64,000 bases of DNA from Candidatus Nezhaarchaeales archaeon (lineage in GTDB: Archaea; Thermoproteota; Methanomethylicia; Nezhaarchaeales; WYZ-LMO8): assembly GCA_038887515.1 (NCBI GenBank), contig JAWAKK010000001.1:64001-128000 (forward strand), read 5' to 3'. The position numbers and the translations under genes are program-made. Shown in pieces: positions 48,503 through 57,558 of this stretch. How positions within the stretch are numbered: the stretch's first letter is position 1; each line of letters begins with the position of its first letter. Under the pieces are notes generated by a model, which did no database searches, was not told the origin of the DNA, and was given only the letters and a program-made list of their open reading frames with translations.

Positions 48503-48643
48503 CCGACTTAAGTCTCTTATGTGATGTGACTCTTAGGGGATCTAGTGCATGGTCTTTGGGCTAACGTGTTTCATAAAGGTTGCCACAAGAATTTCTCGAA
48601 CCTCAATAACCGAAGATGGTTCAGAAGAAGTGCGAGTTGATGC

Positions 48644-48961
48644 ATGTTGTCGACCATAATAATATCGCCTGAATTCGATATAATACTCGATCCTGAAAAT
48701 ATGGTGATAGGTGAAGCTAGAAGCGACTTAGCTTTACTAGACGTTACGCCCATAGACAAGAAGATTGGCGAGCTCAATGACATAATAGATGTACTGTTCT
48801 GGTCTTTCGATCCAAAAGTATCGACTTCAACGACGCCTAGATCCGGGAAAAGGGGGTTGCCGTTAAAGGTTTACTACTTGCCAGACATGATACTAGGCTT
48901 CCTCGTAGGCTTAGCGCTGTTCAGCCTAATAATAGCGATGCACTTTACATTAACTCTATGA
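48644..48961 (+). CDS. mtrB: Tetrahydromethanopterin S-methyltransferase subunit B
   Basis: I.PEF.I.LDP...VIG, I.EL....D.L..S.DP, G..G, C-terminal TM GFLVG; directly upstream of mtrA. Confidence 0.75.
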   Translation: MLSTIIISPEFDIILDPENMVIGEARSDLALLDVTPIDKKIGELNDIIDVLFWSFDPKVSTSTTPRSGKRGLPLKVYYLPDMILGFLVGLALFSLIIAMHFTLTL

Positions 48962-48994
48962 ATGCTAACGCAAAAATATTAAAGAGTGAGGTAA

Positions 48995-49768
48995 ATGTTC
49001 GTGAGAACCCTTCAAAAAATGAAAGTTGAGCTGGCACCAAATTGGCCCGTAGCGGTTGGAGACTACGTAGTTGGAGATCCTAAAGGTTGTGTTGCGATAT
49101 GTACGTTGGGGTCTGAAGGGATATGCTCATTCCTAGTAAAAATGCCGGGAGTCGCAATAGTTGGACCTTGTAAAACTGAGAACGTAGGTTTAGAGAAAAT
49201 AATATTAAACGTAATATCAAATCCAAACATTAGGTTTTTAATAGTATGCGGAATCGAAGTTACAGGCCACTTACCAGGTCTCTCCTTTAAAGCTCTTTAC
49301 GAAAACGGCATAGAGCCGGCAACTAAGAGAATCAAGGAAGCACCTGGAGCAATACCTTATATAGAACACTTGACCGTTGAAGCTGTGGAACGTTTTCAAA
49401 AACAGGTACAATTTATAGACATGATAGGGGTTGAAGACATAAACATAATTAAAGCTAAAGTCGAAGAACTCGTAACACAAGATCCAGGAGCTTACCCTGA
49501 GCCTCCATTTATCGTAGATATCGAGAAAAAAGAGACGAGAGAAACCACTATACCTAAGTTAATTTTGGTTCCATCAATCACACCATCACTGTCAACCCTA
49601 TCGGCATTAATGAGTGACGTAAAGCGTAGAGTGCAATTAATAGAAAGAGAAAGGAAAATTATAACTGCTGTAGAAGTTACAAGAGCTTGGAGTATAGTAG
49701 CGGGGATATTACTTGCCTTCTTGCTCTTTGGTCTACTAGCACTTGTAGTGATTTTAGGAGGAACATAA
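48995..49768 (+). CDS. mtrA: MtrA corrinoid domain fused to an MtrF-type membrane tail
   Basis: WP...GDY.VG, CTLGS, CKTENVGLEK, NPNIRF, EVTGH (His ligand, codon 49268-49270), GAIPY, RFQ.QV, DPGA. Tail DVKRRVQLIER.RKI..AV..TR matches the MtrF pattern. Confidence 0.9.
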   Translation: MFVRTLQKMKVELAPNWPVAVGDYVVGDPKGCVAICTLGSEGICSFLVKMPGVAIVGPCKTENVGLEKIILNVISNPNIRFLIVCGIEVTGHLPGLSFKALYENGIEPATKRIKEAPGAIPYIEHLTVEAVERFQKQVQFIDMIGVEDINIIKAKVEELVTQDPGAYPEPPFIVDIEKKETRETTIPKLILVPSITPSLSTLSALMSDVKRRVQLIERERKIITAVEVTRAWSIVAGILLAFLLFGLLALVVILGGT

Positions 49769-49769
49769 A

Positions 49770-49973
49770 GTGTCTTCCAAAAGAACCAAGGAAGCGTATA
49801 CAGCTGAAATTGCTTACATCGAAGCTAGAATTAACGATATAACGACGAGAATACAAATGATCGGAGAGAAAGGTAGGTTCACCACGGGGTTTTATCGGGG
49901 CTTCTTTAAAGGCTTCATAATTGGATTGATGGTATCGATAGTGTTACTAACATCAATATTGATAGTTATGTGA
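49770..49973 (+). CDS. Stand-alone MtrA-type C-terminal stalk helix/membrane anchor (sits at the mtrF position)
   Basis: EIA.IEARI..I..RI..IG....F..G.Y.G...G..IGL matches the remembered MtrA C-terminus; single TM helix; GTG start 1 nt after the previous stop. Confidence 0.7.
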   Translation: MSSKRTKEAYTAEIAYIEARINDITTRIQMIGEKGRFTTGFYRGFFKGFIIGLMVSIVLLTSILIVM

Positions 49974-49988
49974 GAGGCGCAAAGTAAT

Positions 49989-50216
49989 ATGTCGCTCGAT
50001 GAGGAAGAATTTAGAGTACCGACAGTTATAGCTCCACCGGAAATCGTTCAACTACATTCAAAGCTTAATGCAATAAACGAAAAAGTGAACTTCACGCTCA
50101 GCGAAGTAGCTCACAAAGAAGGTCTAAGAATGGGTAGCTATATAGGTTTCCTTTACGGTTTCTTAACAGGCTCTATGATAATGTTAGTACTTAAGTTTGT
50201 ACTTAGGATCCTGTGA
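49989..50216 (+). CDS. mtrG: Tetrahydromethanopterin S-methyltransferase subunit G
   Basis: VP.V, KL..I.EKV.FT..E.....G...G..IG.LYG...G. Confidence 0.85.
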   Translation: MSLDEEEFRVPTVIAPPEIVQLHSKLNAINEKVNFTLSEVAHKEGLRMGSYIGFLYGFLTGSMIMLVLKFVLRIL

Positions 50217-50257
50217 GGAGCTGAAATTAGCGTTTTATAGACCCAGCGATGAACTAT

Positions 50258-51763
50258 TCATTCCTCGCATTCGTTTCTTGTCGAACTTTCATTACTACGC
50301 TTAACTTTACGCTCCAGTTTTTGAAACTTTGCCCTTAAGCTCAATATACAGCCCATCCCCCTATTACCTCCTAGAGGATTCTGCGGCGTCCCCAAGGAAT
50401 GTAAACACCTAGCCATTACATTAGCCCCCAAGGCTAAGCCGTCTTCAACGAACACGACTCTTCTATTGACGTCGTCGTTAAATACGCCAAGCTCGTCAAC
50501 ATACTTAAGTATTAAGTAAGGCTTTAGACCTGTTATTCCTGCCCTTCCAGTTATACCTATGGTGTAATTATCATTTATTAAACCGTGCGCTATTAAGGTC
50601 TCCAGGACTCTTTTAGCTATAAGAGCTGAAGTATAATCCAGTATCGCTAAGAGCGTCTTGCCTCCATATTGACTGTAGAACTCGTGACCTAGTGACCGCA
50701 ATTTAGGTAAGTAACTTCCATTATCCCCTACATCGCATCCTATCAGTAATACTCCTTGCTCGCACGCTAACTTTGCATTAATGGGTATCATGCCCACGCG
50801 TACTGCACTTGGAAGGACTTTCCTTACGTCTATGTACTTATGCACTTCATAAGCTAATTCCTCGCACTTCTCAGCATCTATGACGTCTTTGGTCTTAATG
50901 TACTCTGAAAACTCTAAAGCTGACGTCGCGACTTCGGTACCTTGAATTAAAGCATCACAAATAGCTCCAGAGAGACCACATATACTGCCTATAGTCTTGG
51001 CGTAAGGAAGTTCATCATTTGTAACCCTTCCTTTAAAGGTAGTCCCAAAATCCATGGATATTATAGGGTTTCTACAATCTACATCAGTCCACTTAGCTCC
51101 AACCTTTATACCGGCAGTCGAAAGCTCAGCTTCCATCTCATTTGCCATTATCTCACCTCCACTCTTGGGAGGTAGGCAGCCAGCAATCGCTCCATCAAAA
51201 AAGACTACATCAAGTTTTGAATATTCTTTTAAATCATCTGGAAGAGAGTTCTTAGATAAAGGTGCTATCATTTTTGACGGACTTATACCAGCTGCCAGAC
51301 AACCCTTGGCTAATGCCCTTATAACCGAGCCGACTTCTTCTGGTGTTCCAAAGCTAGCGCTAATACCTGTTGATTGCACTACAAAATGTAAATCTTTATC
51401 CCTATCTAGTCCAGCTTCCCTAACGCAAGATACGAGGAAATCCCTGATAAACTCGATTACTGCCATTTCGCTTAGCATCTTCCCCCACAAGGTATAGCCT
51501 AGTAAGCGCTCGTTGGGGTGGGGTCTTCTGATGTTTCGTGTTAGTTCGACTGCCCTCCTTACTAGGTAAATTTTTCCAGTTTTTAAATCAGTAGTAGTTA
51601 TGATGCACTTAGTAGTGGTGTTGCCAAGCTCAATTGATGCGACAGTGAAGAGTTGCCCAGTCCCTCTAGTTGTTACTTTCACAGGATCAATGAACATGCC
51701 GCGCGCAATTCTAGGGTTATACTTGCCGATTTTACCCTTTCTCTTTAAAAATTTAAGCCTCAT
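50258..51763 (-). CDS. Methanogenesis marker protein 14 (DUF2114-like)
   Basis: VASIELGNTTTKCI, DLHFVV.STG, ANEME.EL.TAGIK, D.RNP..S.DFGTT..GR, GITGRAGITG.KP, FVEDGLA.GA..MARC..SLGTP.NP.GG; downstream of mtrH. Confidence 0.85.
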   Translation of the reverse strand: MRLKFLKRKGKIGKYNPRIARGMFIDPVKVTTRGTGQLFTVASIELGNTTTKCIITTTDLKTGKIYLVRRAVELTRNIRRPHPNERLLGYTLWGKMLSEMAVIEFIRDFLVSCVREAGLDRDKDLHFVVQSTGISASFGTPEEVGSVIRALAKGCLAAGISPSKMIAPLSKNSLPDDLKEYSKLDVVFFDGAIAGCLPPKSGGEIMANEMEAELSTAGIKVGAKWTDVDCRNPIISMDFGTTFKGRVTNDELPYAKTIGSICGLSGAICDALIQGTEVATSALEFSEYIKTKDVIDAEKCEELAYEVHKYIDVRKVLPSAVRVGMIPINAKLACEQGVLLIGCDVGDNGSYLPKLRSLGHEFYSQYGGKTLLAILDYTSALIAKRVLETLIAHGLINDNYTIGITGRAGITGLKPYLILKYVDELGVFNDDVNRRVVFVEDGLALGANVMARCLHSLGTPQNPLGGNRGMGCILSLRAKFQKLERKVKRSNESSTRNECEE

Positions 51764-51767
51764 AGTT

Positions 51768-52715
51768 TTAGCCTACAAGTCTTCGATATGGATGATCTTC
51801 ACTTATGGGGAGTCCAAGCTCAAGGTGGGTTGTATCCGTCACAATAGCGTCAGCCATGGCTACTACTGGAAAAACGAATTCTGCATTCTCTATGGGTCCA
51901 TAGAGTACGAAGTTGCCACCGATAATTACTTGAAGGATGTTGCTAGCTATATCGCAGAATCTAAATATCTCTCTACCTCGGGGATGCTCTTTCTTAATTC
52001 TCTTAAGCCACGGCCAGGCCGATATAACGTTATGTAAACTGCTCCCTGTCGGGTAACCGAACTTTGACTTAATGACATACGTTGATGCTAGGGCAGCTCC
52101 TGCACCAGCTCCTAAAGTAGTTACTGCGACATCGATCAATGTAGCCTTGACTCCACACTCATTGGCAATATTAAGTAACCCATTTTTAACAACGCCTCCT
52201 CCGCTCGTTAGTATTGTAACCTTACCCCTTATCGAGGGGTCGGCCGGATTAAACGCCAAAATAACGCTATTAGGCATTTTTAGTTCTCTTAGAACATTAA
52301 ACTCTTCTTCAGTTATTGAAACGTTTATTGAGTTATATACGGCTTTATCGATAAGCCCAACCTCTTTGGCATATTTTGCGCCTTCAATCCTAACTCTAGG
52401 TTCTGTAGAATCTATTAGAAATGGAGATGGGGTGACTGATGCTACAAAATCTATGTACTTCTTCATTGCCTCGACGCTTTCGGAGAATATTTGGACCATG
52501 CAAGGGTTACCGGTTATATCGGACATTTCCTCTTGCTTCTTTATTAACGCCTCGGCTTTGTCTTTATCAAAAAGGCCTTTCCTATGGTCACTTACTATTT
52601 TATGTCCTCCATAAAATATTGTTCCAGCTAAGACCGTAGGGTTTTCGCCTGGTTGTCCTCCTATCTTAACTTTCCCTACTTGGTAAACGTACTGCTCTCT
52701 AGCGAATAGATATAT
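51768..52715 (-). CDS. mtrH: Tetrahydromethanopterin S-methyltransferase subunit H (315 aa; apparent ATA start)
   Basis: Frame extends 63 codons upstream of the track's ATG and contains F..EQ.V......KIGGQPGENPTVLAGTIFY..HKIV.D..KG.FD; also FLIDST, YNSIN, HNV.SAW.W, YGPIENA, HP. Confidence 0.9.
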   Translation of the reverse strand: MYLFAREQYVYQVGKVKIGGQPGENPTVLAGTIFYGGHKIVSDHRKGLFDKDKAEALIKKQEEMSDITGNPCMVQIFSESVEAMKKYIDFVASVTPSPFLIDSTEPRVRIEGAKYAKEVGLIDKAVYNSINVSITEEEFNVLRELKMPNSVILAFNPADPSIRGKVTILTSGGGVVKNGLLNIANECGVKATLIDVAVTTLGAGAGAALASTYVIKSKFGYPTGSSLHNVISAWPWLKRIKKEHPRGREIFRFCDIASNILQVIIGGNFVLYGPIENAEFVFPVVAMADAIVTDTTHLELGLPISEDHPYRRLVG

Positions 52716-53100
52716 TGCAATTACACCTCCAACTAGACAACTTCACTTTTAAGATCCAAGTAACTCTTTAAGCTTTACGTGACTTAACAGTAAAGAATGA
52801 TTAGAATAATTGAAAATTAATTTAGAACACTAAGAAGCCACCTTTATCATAGGGGTCCTTCCAGTTAAGAGATTGTAAGGTTGGGAGATGTTATATTTAA
52901 ATTCGAAGTTACACTTCTAACAGATTCAGGTTAAGCGACGTTCCCGTCTAAATCTTGCCGAAGTCATGTAATCAAGGCAACTTTATGGCTTAAACCAAGG
53001 AGCATTGCCTGTCCCTAAATCGCTCTCGCCTTACGTTTATGGTTCCCCCGACAGTCTTATATACCTCTAACGTAAAAAGAATTGAGGGTTTTTACTAAAT

Positions 53101-54228
53101 ATGGTAGATGAGCTTAACGCGGCTCTAGTGCTAGAAGACGGCTCTATTTTCCTTGGAAGAGGGTTTGGCTTCCCAAAGAAAGTGATCGGAGAAGTTGTGT
53201 TCACTACAGGTATGGTGGGCTATCCAGAATCGATAACTGATCCATCGTATCGAGGCCAGATATTATGTTTTACTTATCCTCTAATTGGGAATTATGGAGT
53301 TCCAAACCCCAATATTAGAGATACTTGGGGACTACCATTACATTTTGAATCTGATAAACCTCAAGTACTAGGAATAATAATCCATGAACTATGCAATAGC
53401 CCTAGCCATTGGGCAAGCGTTAAGAGCCTTCACCAATGGTTGTACGAAGAAGGAATACCCGGAATGTATGGTATAGACACTAGAAAGTTAACTAAGAAGC
53501 TGAGAGTTAAGGGAGTGATGATGGGGGCCCTCGAAGTAAGTGAAGGCGAAGTAAACGTCGACAAGCTCTTTTCACTACTTGAAAGGGCACAAAGATATGA
53601 ACGGCTAGACTTAGTGGGCGAAGTCACAATAAAAGAGCCTATAGTTTATGATAATAGAGGGCCAACAGTTGTAGTAATAGATTGCGGCGTAAAATATGGA
53701 ATAATAAGGAACCTGTTGAGGAGAGGTTTGACGGTCGTAAGGTCACCTAGAGACTCTAGTGCCGATGACGTCTTAAAGTTCGAGCCTAAAGGAATTCTAG
53801 TAAGCAATGGTCCTGGGAACCCCGAAATTAATGTTAAAACTATCAACACAATAAGAGACCTCATAGAAGTAGGAATCCCCATGCTAGGGATATGCCTTGG
53901 AAACCAGATGATAGCTCTAGCCCTAGGAGCATCGACATTTAAAATGAAGTTTGGCCATAGAGGACAGAATAAGCCGTCCATAGACATGGAATCTGGAATA
54001 TGTTATGTAACTAGCCAAAACCATGGATTCGCCGTCCGCGAAGACACATTAAAAGAATCGGGCTTATCACTATGGTTCCTCAACGCTGATGACATGACCG
54101 TAGAGGGATTAAAGCATAGGAAAAAACCAGTAATTGCAGTTCAATTTCATCCAGAAGCGTCGCCCGGTCCCTATGATACCGAGTTCGTCTTTGACATGTT
54201 TGTTAACATCATGGGAGTTGAAAGCTGA
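53101..54228 (+). CDS. carA: Carbamoyl-phosphate synthase small chain
   Basis: GEVVFTTGMVGYPE..TDPSY, GIDTR, SNGPG, GICLG.Q, SQNHG, QFHPE. Confidence 0.97.
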   Translation: MVDELNAALVLEDGSIFLGRGFGFPKKVIGEVVFTTGMVGYPESITDPSYRGQILCFTYPLIGNYGVPNPNIRDTWGLPLHFESDKPQVLGIIIHELCNSPSHWASVKSLHQWLYEEGIPGMYGIDTRKLTKKLRVKGVMMGALEVSEGEVNVDKLFSLLERAQRYERLDLVGEVTIKEPIVYDNRGPTVVVIDCGVKYGIIRNLLRRGLTVVRSPRDSSADDVLKFEPKGILVSNGPGNPEINVKTINTIRDLIEVGIPMLGICLGNQMIALALGASTFKMKFGHRGQNKPSIDMESGICYVTSQNHGFAVREDTLKESGLSLWFLNADDMTVEGLKHRKKPVIAVQFHPEASPGPYDTEFVFDMFVNIMGVES

Positions 54229-57200
54229 TGAGCAAAGAGACCGTTAAGAAGGTCTTAATACTAGGTTCAGGGGCAATAAAGATAGGTGAAGCAGGGGAAT
54301 TCGATTATAGCGGCTCTCAAGCTCTCAAAGCCGTTAGAGAGGAGGGCATTGAAACCGTCCTCGTGAATCCAAACATAGCCACGATACAAACAGACCCTAA
54401 GTTGGCTGGGAAGGTGTACTTAATCCCCGTCTTGCCGGATTTTGTGGCTGAAGTAATAGAAAAGGAGAGGCCTGACGGCATAATGTTGGGCTTTGGAGGC
54501 CAAACAGCTCTAAACTGTGGAGTTCAGCTGTACAATATGGGTGTATTGCAGAAATATGGAGTTAAAGTTTTGGGGACGTCTGTTGAAAGCATAAAGAAGT
54601 GTTCTGATAGACTCTTATTCAAAGAGACCATCGAGTCAGCCGGATTGCCGATGCCTTGTAGCAAGGCGGCTTATAGCATTGAGGAGGCCGTAGAGGTCGC
54701 AAAGGACATAGGCTACCCGGTGATGGTAAGGGTTGCTTATACTTTAGGTGGCAAAGCTTCCGGAATTGCGAGAAATGAGAAAGAGCTTGTGGAGATAGTT
54801 AGAAGAGGTATCGCTCACAGCTTAATAGGGCAAGTGTTGATTGAAGAGTGCATAGCTACGTGGAAGCAGATAGAGTACGAAGTTATGAGAGACAAGTACG
54901 GAGACAGCGTGACCGTATGTAACATGGAAAACATACTTGGCATGAAGGTTCACACAGGAGACAATATAGTGGTAGCGCCGTCTCAGACGATAACTAATAG
55001 GGAGTATCACATTTTGAGGATCGCCTCTATAAAGGCCGCTGAAACACTCCAGATAATAGGGGAATGTAATGTTCAATTGGCCTTAGACCCCACATCGGAA
55101 AAATTCTACATTATAGAGATGAACCCCCGACTATCTAGGAGTTCGGCGTTGGCATCTAAAGCTACTGGTTATCCTCTTGCCTACATGGCAGCGAAACTTG
55201 CCCTAGGCTATAGGCTTCATGAACTTATAAACAAAGTGACTGGAAAAACTACGGCTTGCTTCGAGCCAGCTTTAGATTACGTAGTTCTGAAGTTCCCGAG
55301 ATGGGACTTCCAGAAGTTCGAAGGGGTCGATAGAAGACTTGGAACACAGATGAAGTCTGTTGGAGAAGTAATGGCGATAGGACGTTGTTTTGAAGAAGCT
55401 CTTCAAAAGGCTATTAGGATGCTTGATATAGGGAAGCCAGGCCTGGTTGCAAGTAGCATAAGTGATCGAAACCTTCTAAGACAAAAACTTATCGAAATGA
55501 CGGACGAAATATTATTTGACGTGGCCGCAGCCCTTAAAGCAGGCATGACGGTAGAGGAAATACATGAATTATCTTCTATAGATCCATGGTTCATAGAGAA
55601 GATAAAGAACATAGTCGATATGGAGGAGAAGTTAAGATCGCTCAGAGGTAAGCAGCTTGATGAACTCATCGACATCATAAGAGAGGCTAAGAGACTAGGC
55701 TTCTCGGACAAACAGATAGCCATGTGCCTTGGTTTAACGGAAGACGATGTCAGGAACTTCAGGTACAAGAAGGGTTTGATCCCCGCAGTCAAGCAGATAG
55801 ATACGCTTGCAGCCGAGTGGCCTGCTCAAACAAACTATCTGTACGTGACTTATGGAGGAGAAGAAGACGACGTAGAATTTAAGAAAGACGTGAAAAAAGT
55901 CATAGTGTTAGGCGCGGGCACATATCGGATTGGTAGTTCTGTCGAATTCGATTGGTGTACCATGAACATGGTGTGGGCCCTTAAGGAAAGGGGATTAGAC
56001 GAGGTTATAGTAATAAATTGCAATCCTGAAACGGTGTCCACCGATTACGACATGAGTGATAAGCTATACTTTGAAGAACTGACCCTCGAAAGAGTGCTCG
56101 ACATATGCTATAAGGAGAACCCGTGGGGAGTAATCACGTGCGTTGGAGGACAAATACCGAACAACTTAGCTCCAAAACTCGAGAAACTCGGCATTAGAAT
56201 ACTCGGCACAGCTGGAGAGGATGTAGATAGAGCTGAGGATAGAGCTAAATTTAGTAAACTCTTAGACGAGCTTGGAATATCACAACCTCCATGGGCTAAG
56301 TTCGCCTCAATAGAAGAGGCCGAAGATTTTGCGCGGCGGGTTGGTTATCCCGTACTCGTTAGACCCTCTTATGTTCTAAGTGGCGCAGCTATGAGAGTTG
56401 CATGGACCCCTGAGCAGCTTAGGGAATTTCTAAGGAAAGCGACGAGCGTAAGCCAAGAACATCCAGTTGTGATAAGCAAGTTCATAGAAGACGCCATAGA
56501 GGTGGAGGTTGACGCCGTATCGGATGGTGAGACGACGGTCATAGGGGCAGTTATAGAGCACGTCGAGCGTGCAGGAGTTCATTCTGGAGATGCGACGATG
56601 GTGATACCACCTCAAAGGTTAAGTTCTAATATAATAAAGACAATAAAGGACTATACGAAACGAATAGCGAAGGCCCTTAAGATTAAGGGACCCTTCAACA
56701 TACAGTTCCTCGTTAAGGAAGGAAACGTCTACGTCATAGAGTGTAACTTGAGAGCTTCAAGGTCTATGCCCTTCACCTCAAAGGTTAAAGCTGTTAACTT
56801 AATGAAACTCGCCTCTTACGCTCTGGTTGGTGAGAAGATACCTTGGAAGGGGGACGAGGAACCTCCACCTTTAGCGGTAGGAGTAAAGGTACCACAATTC
56901 TCTTTCATGCAACTTGAAGGGGCGGACCCGGTATTAGGGGTTGAAATGCAATCAACTGGTGAAGTTGCATGCTTAGGCGAAACGTTTACAGAAGCTTTCT
57001 ACAAAGCTCTTCTCGCTGCTGGTTTTAAGATACCCGTTAGCGGAGGGAACATCCTAATAACCGTCGGTGGCGTAGAACTTAAGAAGAAAATACTCCCATT
57101 AGTCAAGTATTTTAGAGCTCTTGGCTTTAACATCCTCGCCACTGAACACACGGCTGACTTCTTAAGAGAGGAGGGCTTCAATGACGTGAAGGTATTGTAC

Positions 57201-57488
57201 AAGGTTAGAGAAGTTAGCAGAAAACCGAATATAATGGACGCCATACTTAAGAGGGAAATAGACTTAGTCATAAATATACCATCATCGATAACTCTTGATA
57301 AGTACGCCGAGATGTTAAGGGACGAATACATCATAAGGAGAAAATCAGTTGAGCTAGGTATACCAGTTGTGACAACGTTAGAAATGGCATACGCGCTCTT
57401 GAAGGTAGTTACATGGCGTATGCTCGGTAAGCCAACGGTCTACTCGCTTAACGAGTACATGGATAGAGCAGTAATTAAGGTGTGGTAA
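54228..57488 (+). CDS. carB: Carbamoyl-phosphate synthase large chain
   Basis: GSG.I.IG.A.EFDYSG, EMNPR.SRSSALASKATG, MKSVGEVM, NCNPETVSTDYD, RPSYVLSG, MGS domain. Confidence 0.97.
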   Translation: MSKETVKKVLILGSGAIKIGEAGEFDYSGSQALKAVREEGIETVLVNPNIATIQTDPKLAGKVYLIPVLPDFVAEVIEKERPDGIMLGFGGQTALNCGVQLYNMGVLQKYGVKVLGTSVESIKKCSDRLLFKETIESAGLPMPCSKAAYSIEEAVEVAKDIGYPVMVRVAYTLGGKASGIARNEKELVEIVRRGIAHSLIGQVLIEECIATWKQIEYEVMRDKYGDSVTVCNMENILGMKVHTGDNIVVAPSQTITNREYHILRIASIKAAETLQIIGECNVQLALDPTSEKFYIIEMNPRLSRSSALASKATGYPLAYMAAKLALGYRLHELINKVTGKTTACFEPALDYVVLKFPRWDFQKFEGVDRRLGTQMKSVGEVMAIGRCFEEALQKAIRMLDIGKPGLVASSISDRNLLRQKLIEMTDEILFDVAAALKAGMTVEEIHELSSIDPWFIEKIKNIVDMEEKLRSLRGKQLDELIDIIREAKRLGFSDKQIAMCLGLTEDDVRNFRYKKGLIPAVKQIDTLAAEWPAQTNYLYVTYGGEEDDVEFKKDVKKVIVLGAGTYRIGSSVEFDWCTMNMVWALKERGLDEVIVINCNPETVSTDYDMSDKLYFEELTLERVLDICYKENPWGVITCVGGQIPNNLAPKLEKLGIRILGTAGEDVDRAEDRAKFSKLLDELGISQPPWAKFASIEEAEDFARRVGYPVLVRPSYVLSGAAMRVAWTPEQLREFLRKATSVSQEHPVVISKFIEDAIEVEVDAVSDGETTVIGAVIEHVERAGVHSGDATMVIPPQRLSSNIIKTIKDYTKRIAKALKIKGPFNIQFLVKEGNVYVIECNLRASRSMPFTSKVKAVNLMKLASYALVGEKIPWKGDEEPPPLAVGVKVPQFSFMQLEGADPVLGVEMQSTGEVACLGETFTEAFYKALLAAGFKIPVSGGNILITVGGVELKKKILPLVKYFRALGFNILATEHTADFLREEGFNDVKVLYKVREVSRKPNIMDAILKREIDLVINIPSSITLDKYAEMLRDEYIIRRKSVELGIPVVTTLEMAYALLKVVTWRMLGKPTVYSLNEYMDRAVIKVW

Positions 57489-57558
57489 ACAGTTCCTCAG
57501 AATTTTTAAATTACCCTAAAATTCTTATCAGTTAAGCTGAGCCTAGGAGAAGGATCCC

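Noticed and set aside
48503-48643. Possible mtrC pseudogene remnant upstream of mtrB
   Set aside because: I could not recognise hydrophobic MtrC-like coding sequence in this 140-nt gap by eye; a tblastn search would be needed to exclude it.
51600-52639. Plus-strand ORFs of 145, 180 and 66 aa over mtrH/marker 14
   Set aside because: Antisense to well-conserved genes and without motifs. The same applies to the other short antisense or alternate-frame ORFs in the track.
52731-53100. 370-nt intergenic region as an ncRNA or small gene
   Set aside because: No C/D boxes, tRNA fold or convincing ORF seen; adequately explained by the divergent mtrH and carA promoters.
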